From Veleropilina oligotropha (lineage: Eukaryota), in the NCBI GenBank assembly GCA_048128005.1, contig JBEUKZ010000068.1, forward strand, positions 1 through 64,000: a stretch of 64,000 bases of DNA, in the 5' to 3' direction. Positions 40,701 to 57,100 of this stretch are shown here, one piece after another (within the stretch, counting starts at the first letter, position 1; each line of letters begins with the position of its first letter). The translations under genes were made by a program, and so were the position numbers. A model generated the notes under the pieces. That model did no database searches and was not told the origin of the DNA. It saw only the letters and a list, made by a program, of their open reading frames with translations.

Positions 40701-43700
40701 GAAGTCTCGATATTGTACATACGAGTCACCAACATGCCATGAAGTCTCTTGATATTGTACATACGAGTCACCAACAAAGCCATGAAGTCTCTTGATATTG
40801 TACATACGAGTCACCAACATGCCATGAAGTCTCTTGATATTGTACATAGGAGTCACCAACAACGCCATGAAGTCTCTTGATATTGTACATACGAGTCACC
40901 AACAACGCCATGAAGTCTCTTGATATTGTACATACGAGTCACCAACAACGCCATGAAGTCTCTGGATATTGTGCAAACGAGTGCACCCACAACGCCATGA
41001 AGTCTCTTGATATTGTACATACGAGTCACCAACATGCCATGAAGTCTCTTGATATTGTACATACGAGTGCACCAACAACGCCATGAAGTCTCTTGATATT
41101 GTACATACGAGTCACCAACATGCCATGAAGTCTCTTGATATTGTACATACGAGTCACCAACATGCCATGAAGTCTCTTGATATTGTACATACGAGTGCAC
41201 CAACAACGCCATGAAGTCTCTTGATATTGTACATACGAGTCACCAACATGCCATGAAGTCTCTTGATATTGTACATACGAGTGCACCAACAACGCCATGA
41301 AGTCTCTTGATATTGTACATACGAGTCACCAACAACGCCATGAAGTCTCTTGATATTGTACATACGAGTCACCAACAACGCCATGAAGTCTCTTGATATT
41401 GTACATACGAGTCACCAACAACGCCATGAAGTCTCTTGATATTGTACATACGAGTCACCAACAACGTCATGAAGTCTCTTGATATTGTACATACGAGTGC
41501 ACCAACAACGCCATGAAGCCTCTTAATATTGTACATACGAGTCACCAACAACGCCATGAACTCTCTTGATATTGTACATATACGAGTGCACCAACAACGC
41601 CATGAAGTCTCTTGATATTGTACATACGAGTGCACCAACAACGCCATGAAGTCTCTTTATATTGTACATGCGAGTCACCAACAACGTCATGAAGTCTCTT
41701 GATATTGTACATACGAGTCACCAACAACGCCGTGAAGTCTCTTAATATTGTACATACGAGTGCACCAACAACGCCATGAAGTCTCTTGATATTGTACATA
41801 CGAGTCACCAACAACGCCATGAAGTCTCCTGATGTTGTACATACGAGTCACCAACAACGCCATGAAGTCTCTTGATATTGTACATACGAGTCACCAACAA
41901 CGCCATGAACTCTCTTGATATTGTACATATACGAGTGCACCAACAACGCCGTGAAGTCTCTTGATATTGTACATACGAGTGCACCAACAACGCCATGAAG
42001 TCTCTTGATATTGTACATACGAGTGCACCAACAACGCCATGAAGTCTCTTGATATTGTACATACGAGTCACCAACAACGCCATGAAGTCTCTTGTTATTG
42101 TACCTACGAGCGCACCAACAACGCCTTTGGATAGATGGATTGGTCATGAAGTCTCTTGATATTGTACATACGAGTGCACCAACAACGCCATGAAGTGTCT
42201 TGATATTGTACATACGAGTCACCAACAACGCCATGAAGTCTCTGGATATTGTACATACGAGTCACCAACAACGCCATGAAGGCTATTGATATTGTACATA
42301 TGAGTTCACCAACAACGCCTTGAAGTCTCTTGATATTGTACAAACGTGTCACCAACAACGCCATGAAGTCTCTTGATATTGTACCTACGAGTCACCAACA
42401 ACGCCATGAAGTCTCTTGCTATTGTACATACGAGTCACCAACAACGTCATGAAGTCTCTTGATATTGTGCATACGAGTCACCAACAACGCCATGGAGTCT
42501 CTTGATATTGTACATACGAGTCACCAACAACGCCATGAAGTCTCTTGATATTGTACATACGAGTGCACCAACAACGCCATGAAGTCTCTTGATATTGTAC
42601 ATACGAGCGCACTAACAACGCCTTTGGATAGATGGATCGGTCATGAAGTCTCTTGATATTGTACATACGAGTCACCAACAACGCCATGAAGTCTCTTGAT
42701 ATTGTACATACGAGTCACCAACAACGACATGAAGTCTCTTGATATTGTACATACGAGTCACCAACAACGCCATGAAGTCTATTGATATTGTACATACGAG
42801 TCACCAACAACGCCACGAAGTCTCTTGATATTGTACATACGAGTCACCAACAACGCCATGAAGTCTCTTGATATTGTACATACGAGTCACCAACAACGCC
42901 ATGAAGTCTCTTGATATTGTAAATACGAGTCACCAACAACGCCATGAAGTCTCTGGATATTGTACATACGAGTCACCAACAACGCCACGAAGTCTCTTGA
43001 TATTGTACATACGAGTGCACCAACAACGCCATGAAGTCTATTGATATTGTACATACGAGTCACCAACAACGCCACGAAGTCTCTTGATATTGTACATACG
43101 AGTCACCAACAACGCCATGAAGTCTCTTGATATTGTACATACGAGTCAACAACATGCCATGAAGTCTCTTGATATTGTACATACGAGTCACCAACAAAGC
43201 CATGAAGTCTCTTGATATTGTACATACGAGTCACCAACATGCCATGAAGTCTCTTGATATTGTACATAGGAGTCACCAACAACGCCATGAAGTCTCTTGA
43301 TATTGTACATACGAGTCACCAACAACGCCATGAAGTCTCTTGATATTGTACATACGAGTCACCAACAACGCCATGAAGTCTCTGGATATTGTGCATACGA
43401 GTGCACCAACAACGCCATGAAGTCTCTTGATATTGTACATACGAGTCACCAACATGCCATGAAGTCTCTTGATATTGTACATACGAGTGCACCAACAACG
43501 CCATGAAGTCTCTTGATATTGTACATACGAGTCACCAACATGCCATGAAGTCTCTTGATATTGTACATACGAGTCACCAACATGCCATGAAGTCTCTTGA
43601 TATTGTACATACGCGTGCACCAACAACGCCATGAAGTCTCTTGATATTGTACATACGAGTCACCAACATGCCATGAAGTCTCTTGATATTGTACATACGA

Positions 43701-46700
43701 GTGCACCAACAACGCCATGAAGTCTCTTGATATTGTACATACGAGTCACCAACAACGCCATGAAGTCTCTTGATATTGTACATACGAGTCACCAACAACG
43801 CCATGAAGTCTCTTGATATTGTACATACGAGTCACCAACAACGCCATGAAGTCTCTTGATATTGTACATACGAGTCACCAACAACGTCATGAAGTCTCTT
43901 GATATTGTACATACGAGTGCACCAACAACGCCATGAAGCCTCTTAATATTGTACATACGAGTCACCAACAACGCCATGAACTCTCTTGATATTGTACATA
44001 TACGAGTGCACCAACAACGCCATGAAGTCTCTTGATATTGTACATACGAGTGCACCAACAACGCCATGAAGTCTCTTTATATTGTACATGCGAGTCACCA
44101 ACAACGTCATGAAGTCTCTTGATATTGTACATACGAGTCACCAACAACGCCGTGAAGTCTCTTAATATTGTACATACGAGTGCACCAACAACGCCATGAA
44201 GTCTCTTGATATTGTACATACGAGTCACCAACAACGCCATGAAGTCTCCTGATGTTGTACATACGAGTCACCAACAACGCCATGAAGTCTCTTGATATTG
44301 TACATACGAGTCACCAACAACGCCATGAACTCTCTTGATATTGTACATATACGAGTGCACCAACAACGCCGTGAAGTCTCTTGATATTGTACATACGAGT
44401 GCACCAACAACGCCATGAAGTCTCTTGATATTGTACATACGAGTGCACCAACAACGCCATGAAGTCTCTTGATATTGTACATACGAGTCACCAACAACGC
44501 CATGAAGTCTCTTGTTGTTGTACCTACGAGCGCACCAACAACGCCTTTGGATAGATGGATTGGTCATGAAGTCTCTTGATATTGTACATACGAGTGCACC
44601 AACAACGCCATGAAGTGTCTTGATATTGTACATACGAGTCACCAACAACGCCATGAAGTCTCTGGATATTGTACATACGAGTCACCAACAACGCCATGAA
44701 GGCTATTGATATTGTACATATGAGTTCACCAACAACGCCTTGAAGTCTCTTGATATTGTACAAACGTGTCACCAACAACGCCATGAAGTCTCTTGATATT
44801 GTACCTGCGAGTCACCAACAACGCCATGAAGTCTCTTGCTATTGTACATACGAGTCACCAACAACGTCATGAAGTCTCTTGATATTGTGCATACGAGTCA
44901 CCAACAACGCCATGGAGTCTCTTGATATTGTACATACGAGTCACCAACAACGCCATGAAGTCTCTTGATATTGTACATACGAGTGCACCAACAACGCCAT
45001 GAAGTCTCTTGATATTGTACATACGAGCGCACTAACAACGCCTTTGGATAGATGGATCGGTCATGAAGTCTCTTGATATTGTACATACGAGTCACCAACA
45101 ACGCCATGAAGTCTCTTGATATTGTACATACGAGTCACCAACAACGACATGAAGTCTCTTGATATTGTACATACGAGTCACCAACAACGCCATGAAGTCT
45201 ATTGATATTGTACATACGAGTCACCAACAACGCAACGAAGTCTCTTGATATTGTACATACGAGTCACCAACAACGCCATGAAGTCTCTTGATATTGTACA
45301 TACGAGTCACCAACAACGCCATGAAGTCTCTTGATATTGTAAATACGAGTCACCAACAACGCCATGAAGTCTCTGGATATTGTACATACGAGTCACCAAC
45401 AACGCCACGAAGTCTCTTGATATTGTACATACGAGTGCACCAACAACGCCATGAAGTCTATTGATATTGTACATACGAGTCACCAACAACGCCACGAAGT
45501 CTCTTGATATTGTACATACGAGTCACCAACAACGCCATGAAGTCTCTTGATATTGTACATACGAGTCACCAACAACGCCATGAAGTCTATTGATATTGTA
45601 CATACGAGTCACCAACAACGCCATGAACTCTCTTGATATTGTATATACGAGTCACCAACAACGCCATGAAGTCTCTTAATATTGTACATACGAGTCACCA
45701 ACAACGCCATGAAGTCTCTTGATATTGTACATACGAGTCACCAACAACGCCATGAACTCTCTTGATATTGTACATACGAGTCACCAACAACGCCATGAAG
45801 TCTCTTAATATTGTACATACGAGTCACCAACAAAGCCATGAAGTCTCTTGATATTGTACATACGAGTCACCAACAACGCCATGAAGTCTCTTGGTATTGT
45901 GCATACCAGTCACCAACAACACCATGAAGTCTCTTGATATTGTACATACGAGTCACCAACATGCCATGAAGTCTCTTGATATTGTACATACGAGTCACCA
46001 ACAACGCCATGAAGTCTCTTGATATTGTACATACGAGTCACCAACATGCCATGAAGTCTCTTGATATTGTACATACGAGTCACCAACAACGCCATGAAGT
46101 CTCTGGATATTGTACATACGAGTGCACCAACAACGCCATGAAGTCTCTTGATATTGTACATACGAGTCACCAACAACGCCATGAAGTCTCTTGATATTGT
46201 ACATACGAGTCACCAACATGCCATGAAGTCTCTTGATATTGTACGAGCGAGTGCACCAACAACGCCATGAAGTCTCTTGATATTGTACATACGAGTCACC
46301 AACATGCCATGAAGTCTCTTGATATTGTACATACGAGTCACCAACAACGCCATGAAGTCTCTTGATATTGTACATACGAGTCACCAACAACGCCATGAAG
46401 TCTCTTGATATTGTACATACGAGTCACCAACAACGTCATGAAGTCTCTTGATATTGTACATACGAGTCACCAACATCTCCATGAAGTCTCTTGATATTGT
46501 ACATACGAGTCACCAACAACGCCATGAAGTCTCTTGATATTGTACATACGAGTCACCAACAACGCCATGAAGTCTCTTGATATTGTACATACGAGTCACC
46601 AACAACGCCACGAAGTCTCTTGATATTGTACATACCAGTGCACCAACAACGCCATGAAGTCTCTTGATATTGTACATACGAGTCACCAACAACGACATGA

Positions 46701-49700
46701 AGTCTCTTCATATTGTACATACGAGTCACCAACAACGCCATGAAGTCTCTTGATATTGTACATACGAGTCACCAACAACGCCACGAAGTCTCTTGGTATT
46801 GTACATACGAGTCACCAACAACGCCATGAAGTCTCGATATTGTACATACGAGTCACCAACATGCCATGAAGTCTCTTGATATTGTACATACGAGTCACCA
46901 ACAAAGCCATGAAGTCTCTTGATATTGTACATACGAGTCACCAACATGCCATGAAGTCTCTTGATATTGTACATAGGAGTCACCAACAACGCCATGAAGT
47001 CTCTTGATATTGTACATACGAGTCACCAACAACGCCATGAAGTCTCTTGATATTGTACATACGAGTCACCAACAACGCCATGAAGTCTCTGGATATTGTG
47101 CATACGAGTGCACCCACAACGCCATGAAGTCTCTTGATATTGTACATACGAGTCACCAACATGCCATGAAGTCTCTTGATATTGTACATACGAGTCACCA
47201 ACAACGCCATGAAGTCTCGATATTGTACATACGAGTCACCAACATGCCATGAAGTCTCTTGATATTGTACATACGAGTCACCAACAAAGCCATGAAGTCT
47301 CTTGATATTGTACATACGAGTCACCAACATGCCATGAAGTCTCTTGATATTGTACATAGGAGTCACCAACAACGCCATGAAGTCTCTTGATATTGTACAT
47401 ACGAGTCACCAACAACGCCATGAAGTCTCTTGATATTGTACATACGAGTCACCAACAACGCCATGAAGTCTCTGGATATTGTGCATACGAGTGCACCCAC
47501 AACGCCATGAAGTCTCTTGATATTGTACATACGAGTCACCAACATGCCATGAAGTCTCTTGATATTGTACATACGAGTGCACCAACAACGCCATGAAGTC
47601 TCTTGATATTGTACATACGAGTCACCAACATGCCATGAAGTCTCTTGATATTGTACATACGAGTCACCAACATGCCATGAAGTCTCTTGATATTGTACAT
47701 ACGAGTGCACCAACAACGCCATGAAGTCTCTTGATATTGTACATACGAGTCACCAACATGCCATGAAGTCTCTTGATATTGTACATACGAGTGCACCAAC
47801 AACGCCATGAAGTCTCTTGATATTGTACATACGAGTCACCAACAACGCCATGAAGTCTCTTGATATTGTACATACGAGTCACCAACAACGCCATGAAGTC
47901 TCTTGATATTGTACATACGAGTCACCAACAACGCCATGAAGTCTCTTGATATTGTACATACGAGTCACCAACAACGTCATGAAGTCTCTTGATATTGTAC
48001 ATACGAGTGCACCAACAACGCCATGAAGCCTCTTAATATTGTACATACGAGTCACCAACAACGCCATGAACTCTCTTGATATTGTACATATACGAGTGCA
48101 CCAACAACGCCATGAAGTCTCTTGATATTGTACATACGAGTGCACCAACAACGCCATGAAGTCTCTTTATATTGTACATGCGAGTCACCAACAACGTCAT
48201 GAAGTCTCTTGATATTGTACATACGAGTCACCAACAACGCCGTGAAGTCTCTTAATATTGTACATACGAGTGCACCAACAACGCCATGAAGTCTCTTGAT
48301 ATTGTACATACGAGTCACCAACAACGCCATGAAGTCTCCTGATGTTGTACATACGAGTCACCAACAACGCCATGAAGTCTCTTGATATTGTACATACGAG
48401 TCACCAACAACGCCATGAACTCTCTTGATATTGTACATATACGAGTGCACCAACAACGCCGTGAAGTCTCTTGATATTGTACATACGAGTGCACCAACAA
48501 CGCCATGAAGTCTCTTGATATTGTACATACGAGTGCACCAACAACGCCATGAAGTCTCTTGATATTGTACATACGAGTCACCAACAACGCCATGAAGTCT
48601 CTTGTTATTGTACCTACGAGCGCACCAACAACGCCTTTGGATAGATGGATTGGTCATGAAGTCTCTTGATATTGTACATACGAGTGCACCAACAACGCCA
48701 TGAAGTGTCTTGATATTGTACATACGAGTCACCAACAACGCCATGAAGTCTCTGGATATTGTACATACGAGTCACCAACAACGCCATGAAGGCTATTGAT
48801 ATTGTACATATGAGTTCACCAACAACGCCTTGAAGTCTCTTGATATTGTACAAACGTGTCACCAACAACGCCATGAAGTCTCTTGATATTGTACCTACGA
48901 GTCACCACAACGCCATGAAGTCTCTTGCTATTGTACATACGAGTCACCAACAACGTCATGAAGTCTCTTGATATTGTGCATACGAGTCACCAACAACGCC
49001 ATGGAGTCTCTTGATATTGTACATACGAGTCACCAACAACGCCATGAAGTCTCTTGATATTGTACATACGAGTGCACCAACAACGCCATGAAGTCTCTTG
49101 ATATTGTACATACGAGCGCACTAACAACGCCTTTGGATAGATGGATCGGTCATGAAGTCTCTTGATATTGTACATACGAGTCACCAACAACGCCATGAAG
49201 TCTCTTGATATTGTACATACGAGTCACCAACAACGACATGAAGTCTCTTGATATTGTACATACGAGTCACCAACAACGCCATGAAGTCTATTGATATTGT
49301 ACATACGAGTCACCAACAACGCCACGAAGTCTCTTGATATTGTACATACGAGTCACCAACAACGCCATGAAGTCTCTTGATATTGTACATACGAGTCACC
49401 AACAACGCCATGAAGTCTCTTGATATTGTAAATACGAGTCACCAACAACGCCATGAAGTCTCTGGATATTGTACATACGAGTCACCAACAACGCCACGAA
49501 GTCTCTTGATATTGTACATACGAGTGCACCAACAACGCCATGAAGTCTATTGATATTGTACATACGAGTCACCAACAACGCCACGAAGTCTCTTGATATT
49601 GTACATACGATTCACCAACAACGCCATGAAGTCTCTTGATATTGTACATACGAGTCAACAACATGCCATGAAGTCTCTTGATATTGTACATACGAGTCAC

Positions 49701-52700
49701 CAACAAAGCCATGAAGTCTCTTGATATTGTACATACGAGTCACCAACATGCCATGAAGTCTCTTGATATTGTACATAGGAGTCACCAACAACGCCATGAA
49801 GTCTCTTGATATTGTACATACGAGTCACCAACAACGCCATGAAGTCTCTTGATATTGTACATACGAGTCACCAACAACGCCATGAAGTCTCTGGATATTG
49901 TGCATACGAGTGCACCAACAACGCCATGAAGTCTCTTGATATTGTACATACGAGTCACCAACATGCCATGAAGTCTCTTGATATTGTACATACGAGTGCA
50001 CCAACAACGCCATGAAGTCTCTTGATATTGTACATACGAGTCACCAACATGCCATGAAGTCTCTTGATATTGTACATACGAGTCACCAACATGCCATGAA
50101 GTCTCTTGATATTGTACATACGCGTGCACCAACAACGCCATGAAGTCTCTTGATATTGTACATACGAGTCACCAACAACGCCATGAAGTCTCTTGATATT
50201 GTACATACGAGTCACCAACAACGCCATGAAGTCTCTTGATATTGTACATACGAGTCACCAACATGCCATGAAGTCTCTTGATATTGTACATACGAGTGCA
50301 CCAACAACGCCATGAAGTCTCTTGATATTGTACATACGAGTCACCAACAACGCCATGAAGTCTCTTGATATTGTACATACGAGTCACCAACAACGCCATG
50401 AAGTCTCTTGATATTGTACATACGAGTCACCAACAACGCCATGAAGTCTCTTGATATTGTACATACGAGTCACCAACAACGTCATGAAGTCTCTTGATAT
50501 TGTACATACGAGTGCACCAACAACGCCATGAAGCCTCTTAATATTGTACATACGAGTCACCAACAACGCCATGAACTCTCTTGATATTGTACATATACGA
50601 GTGCACCAACAACGCCATGAAGTCTCTTGATATTGTACATACGAGTGCACCAACAACGCCATGAAGTCTCTTTATATTGTACATGCGAGTCACCAACAAC
50701 GTCATGAAGTCTCTTGATATTGTACATACGAGTCACCAACAACGCCGTGAAGTCTCTTAATATTGTACATACGAGTGCACCAACAACGCCATGAAGTCTC
50801 TTGATATTGTACATACGAGTCACCAACAACGCCATGAAGTCTCCTGATGTTGTACATACGAATCACCAACAACGCCATGAAGTCTCTTGATATTGTACAT
50901 ACGAGTCACCAACAACGCCATGAACTCTCTTGATATTGTACATATACGAGTGCACCAACAACGCCGTGAAGTCTCTTGATATTGTACATACGAGTGCACC
51001 AACAACGCCATGAAGTCTCTTGATATTGTACATACGAGTGCACCAACAACGCCATGAAGTCTCTTGATATTGTACATACGAGTCACCAACAACGCCATGA
51101 AGTCTCTTGTTATTGTACCTACGAGCGCACCAACAACGCCTTTGGATAGATGGATTGGTCATGAAGTCTCTTGATATTGTACATACGAGTGCACCAACAA
51201 CGCCATGAAGTGTCTTGATATTGTACATACGAGTCACCAACAACGCCATGAAGTCTCTGGATATTGTACATACGAGTCACCAACAACGCCATGAAGGCTA
51301 TTGATATTGTACATATGAGTTCACCAACAACGCCTTGAAGTCTCTTGATATTGTACAAACGTGTCACCAACAACGCCATGAAGTCTCTTGATATTGTACC
51401 TACGAGTCACCAACAACGCCATGAAGTCTCTTGCTATTGTACATACGAGTCACCAACAACGTCATGAAGTCTCTTGATATTGTGCATACGAGTCACCAAC
51501 AACGCCATGGAGTCTCTTGATATTGTACATACGAGTCACCAACAACGCCATGAAGTCTCTTGATATTGTACATACGAGTGCACCAACAACGCCATGAAGT
51601 CTCTTGATATTGTACATACGAGCGCACTAACAACGCCTTTGGATAGATGGATCGGTCATGAAGTCTCTTGATATTGTACATACGAGTCACCAACAACGCC
51701 ATGAAGTCTCTTGATATTGTACATACGAGTCACCAACAACGACATGAAGTCTCTTGATATTGTACATACGAGTCACCAACAACGCCATGAAGTCTATTGA
51801 TATTGTACATACGAGTCACCAACAACGCCATGAAGTCTCTTGATATTGTACATACGAGTCACCAACAACGCCATGAAGTCTCTTGATATTGTAAATACGA
51901 GTCACCAACAACGCCATGAAGTCTCTGGATATTGTACATACGAGTCACCAACAACGCCACGAAGTCTCTTGATATTGTACATACGAGTCACCAACAACGC
52001 CATGAAGTCTCTTGATATTGTACATACGAGTCACCAACAACGCCATGAAGTCTATTGATATTGTACATACGAGTCACCAACAACGCCATGAACTCTCTTG
52101 ATATTGTATATACGAGTCACCAACAACGCCATGAAGTCTCTTAATATTGTACATACGAGTCACCAACAACGCCATGAAGTCTCTTGATATTGTACATACG
52201 AGTCACCAACAACGCCATGAACTCTCTTGATATTGTACATACGAGTCACCAACAACGCCATGAAGTCTCTTAATATTGTACATACGAGTCACCAACAAAG
52301 CCATGAAGTCTCTTGATATTGTACATACGAGTCACCAACAACGCCATGAAGTCTCTTGGTATTGTGCATACCAGTCACCAACAACACCATGAAGTCTCTT
52401 GATATTGTACATACGAGTCACCAACATGCCATGAAGTCTCTTGATATTGTACATACGAGTCACCAACAACGCCATGAAGTCTCTTGATATTGTACATACG
52501 AGTCACCAACATGCCATGAAGTCTCTTGATATTGTACATACGAGTCACCAACAACGCCATGAAGTCTCTGGATATTGTACATACGAGTGCACCAACAACG
52601 CCATGAAGTCTCTTGATATTGTACATACGAGTCACCAACAACGCCATGAAGTCTCTTGATATTGTACATACGAGTCACCAACATGCCATGAAGTCTCTTG

Positions 52701-55700
52701 ATATTGTACGAGCGAGTGCACCAACAACGCCATGAAGTCTCTTGATATTGTACATACGAGTCACCAACATGCCATGAAGTCTCTTGATATTGTACATACG
52801 AGTCACCAACAACGCCATGAAGTCTCTTGATATTGTACATACGAGTCACCAACAACGCCATGAAGTCTCTTGATATTGTACATACGAGTCACCAACAACG
52901 TCATGAAGTCTCTTGATATTGTACATACGAGTCACCAACATCTCCATGAAGTCTCTTGATATTGTACATACGAGTCACCAACAACGCCATGAAGTCTCTT
53001 GATATTGTACATACGAGTCACCAACAACGCCATGAAGTCTCTTGATATTGTACATACGAGTCACCAACAACGCCACGAAGTCTCTTGATATTGTACATAC
53101 CAGTGCACCAACAACGCCATGAAGTCTCTTGATATTGTACATACGAGTCACCAACAACGACATGAAGTCTCTTGATATTGTACATACGAGTCACCAACAA
53201 CGCCATGAAGTCTCTTGATATTGTACATACGAGTCACCAACAACGCCACGAAGTCTCTTGGTATTGTACATACGAGTCACCAACAACGCCATGAAGTCTC
53301 GATATTGTACATACGAGTCACCAACATGCCATGAAGTCTCTTGATATTGTACATACGAGTCACCAACAAAGCCATGAAGTCTCTTGATATTGTACATACG
53401 AGTCACCAACATGCCATGAAGTCTCTTGATATTGTACATAGGAGTCACCAACAACGCCATGAAGTCTCTTGATATTGTACATACGAGTCACCAACAACGC
53501 CATGAAGTCTCTTGATATTGTACATACGAGTCACCAACAACGCCATGAAGTCTCTGGATATTGTGCATACGAGTGCACCCACAACGCCATGAAGTCTCTT
53601 GATATTGTACATACGAGTCACCAACATGCCATGAAGTCTCTTGATATTGTACATACGAGTGCACCAACAACGCCATGAAGTCTCTTGATATTGTACATAC
53701 GAGTCACCAACATGCCATGAAGTCTCTTGATATTGTACATACGAGTCACCAACATGCCATGAAGTCTCTTGATATTGTACATACGAGTGCACCAACAACG
53801 CCATGAAGTCTCTTGATATTGTACATACGAGTCACCAACATGCCATGAAGTCTCTTGATATTGTACATACGAGTGCACCAACAACGCCATGAAGTCTCTT
53901 GATATTGTACATACGAGTCACCAACAACGCCATGAAGTCTCTTGATATTGTACATACGAGTCACCAACAACGCCATGAAGTCTCTTGATATTGTACATAC
54001 GAGTCACCAACAACGCCATGAAGTCTCTTGATATTGTACATACGAGTCACCAACAACGTCATGAAGTCTCTTGATATTGTACATACGAGTGCACCAACAA
54101 CGCCATGAAGCCTCTTAATATTGTACATACGAGTCACCAACAACGCCATGAACTCTCTTGATATTGTACATATACGAGTGCACCAACAACGCCATGAAGT
54201 CTCTTGATATTGTACATACGAGTGCACCAACAACGCCATGAAGTCTCTTTATATTGTACATGCGAGTCACCAACAACGTCATGAAGTCTCTTGATATTGT
54301 ACATACGAGTCACCAACAACGCCGTGAAGTCTCTTAATATTGTACATACGAGTGCACCAACAACGCCATGAAGTCTCTTGATATTGTACATACGAGTCAC
54401 CAACAACGCCATGAAGTCTCCTGATGTTGTACATACGAGTCACCAACAACGCCATGAAGTCTCTTGATATTGTACATACGAGTCACCAACAACGCCATGA
54501 ACTCTCTTGATATTGTACATATACGAGTGCACCAACAACGCCGTGAAGTCTCTTGATATTGTACATACGAGTGCACCAACAACGCCATGAAGTCTCTTGA
54601 TATTGTACATACGAGTGCAGCAACAACGCCATGAAGTCTCTTGATATTGTACATACGAGTCACCAACAACGCCATGAAGTCTCTTGTTATTGTACCTACG
54701 AGCGCACCAACAACGCCTTTGGATAGATGGATTGGTCATGAAGTCTCTTGATATTGTACATACGAGTGCACCAACAACGCCATGAAGTGTCTTGATATTG
54801 TACATACGAGTCACCAACAACGCCATGAAGTCTCTGGATATTGTACATACGAGTCACCAACAACGCCATGAAGGCTATTGATATTGTACATATGAGTTCA
54901 CCAACAACGCCTTGAAGTCTCTTGATATTGTACAAACGTGTCACCAACAACGCCATGAAGTCTCTTGATATTGTACCTACGAGTCACCAACAACGCCATG
55001 AAGTCTCTTGCTATTGTACATACGAGTCACCAACAACGTCATGAAGTCTCTTGATATTGTGCATACGAGTCACCAACAACGCCATGGAGTCTCTTGATAT
55101 TGTACATACGAGTCACCAACAACGCCATGAAGTCTCTTGATATTGTACATACGAGTGCACCAACAACGCCATGAAGTCTCTTGATATTGTACATACGAGC
55201 GCACTAACAACGCCTTTGGATAGATGGATCGGTCATGAAGTCTCTTGATATTGTACATACGAGTCACCAACAACGCCATGAAGTCTCTTGATATTGTACA
55301 TACGAGTCACCAACAACGACATGAAGTCTCTTGATATTGTACATACGAGTCACCAACAACGCCATGAAGTCTATTGATATTGTACATACGAGTCACCAAC
55401 AACGCCACGAAGTCTCTTGATATTGTACATACGAGTCACCAACAACGCCATGAAGTCTCTTGATATTGTACATACGAGTCACCAACAACGCCATGAAGTC
55501 TCTTGATATTGTAAATACGAGTCACCAACAACGCCATGAAGTCTCTGGATATTGTACATACGAGTCACCAACAACGCCACGAAGTCTCTTGATATTGTAC
55601 ATACGAGTGCACCAACAACGCCATGAAGTCTATTGATATTGTACATACGAGTCACCAACAACGCCACGAAGTCTCTTGATATTGTACATACGAGTCACCA

Positions 55701-57100
55701 ACAACGCCATGAAGTCTCTTGATATTGTACATACGAGTCAACAACATGCCATGAAGTCTCTTGATATTGTACATACGAGTCACCAACAAAGCCATGAAGT
55801 CTCTTGATATTGTACATACGAGTCACCAACATGCCATGAAGTCTCTTGATATTGTACATAGGAGTCACCAACAACGCCATGAAGTCTCTTGATATTGTAC
55901 ATACGAGTCACCAACAACGCCATGAAGTCTCTTGATATTGTACATACGAGTCACCAACAACGCCATGAAGTCTCTGGATATTGTGCATACGAGTGCACCA
56001 ACAACGCCATGAAGTCTCTTGATATTGTACATACGAGTCACCAACATGCCATGAAGTCTCTTGATATTGTACATACGAGTGCACCAACAACGCCATGAAG
56101 TCTCTTGATATTGTACATACGAGTCACCAACATGCCATGAAGTCTCTTGATATTGTACATACGAGTCACCAACATGCCATGAAGTCTCTTGATATTGTAC
56201 ATACGCGTGCACCAACAACGCCATGAAGTCTCTTGATATTGTACATACGAGTCACCAACATGCCATGAAGTCTCTTGATATTGTACATACGAGTGCACCA
56301 ACAACGCCATGAAGTCTCTTGATATTGTACATACGAGTCACCAACAACGCCATGAAGTCTCTTGATATTGTACATACGAGTCACCAACAACGCCATGAAG
56401 TCTCTTGATATTGTACATACGAGTCACCAACAACGCCATGAAGTCTCTTGATATTGTACATACGAGTCACCAACAACGTCATGAAGTCTCTTGATATTGT
56501 ACATACGAGTGCACCAACAACGCCATGAAGCCTCTTAATATTGTACATACGAGTCACCAACAACGCCATGAACTCTCTTGATATTGTACATATACGAGTG
56601 CACCAACAACGCCATGAAGTCTCTTGATATTGTACATACGAGTGCACCAACAACGCCATGAAGTCTCTTTATATTGTACATGCGAGTCACCAACAACGTC
56701 ATGAAGTCTCTTGATATTGTACATACGAGTCACCAACAACGCCGTGAAGTCTCGTAATATTGTACATACGAGTGCACCAACAACGCCATGAAGTCTCTTG
56801 ATATTGTACATACGAGTCACCAACAACGCCATGAAGTCTCCTGATGTTGTACATACGAGTCACCAACAACGCCATGAAGTCTCTTGATATTGTACATACG
56901 AGTCACCAACAACGCCATGAACTCTCTTGATATTGTACATATACGAGTGCACCAACAACGCCGTGAAGTCTCTTGATATTGTACATACGAGTGCACCAAC
57001 AACGCCATGAAGTCTCTTGATATTGTACATACGAGTGCACCAACAACGCCATGAAGTCTCTTGATATTTTACATACGAGTCACCAACAACGCCATGAAGT
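13740..57100. repeat. Higher-order repeat domain marked by 42-bp AACATGCC monomers and 20-bp-insertion monomers
   Basis: Marker block recurs at 16341, 18332, 22039, 24459, 29110, 31530, 36390, 38424, 42125, 44545, 48635, 51140, 54717. Confidence 0.9.
38911..38928 (+). other. Library adapter remnant (SMART / PacBio ultra-low-input amplification adapter)
   Basis: GTATCAACGCAGAGTACT matches the 3' part of AAGCAGTGGTATCAACGCAGAGTAC(T); it replaces the 24 bp CTAACAACGCCTTTGGATAGATGG present in homologous HOR copies. Confidence 0.9.
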
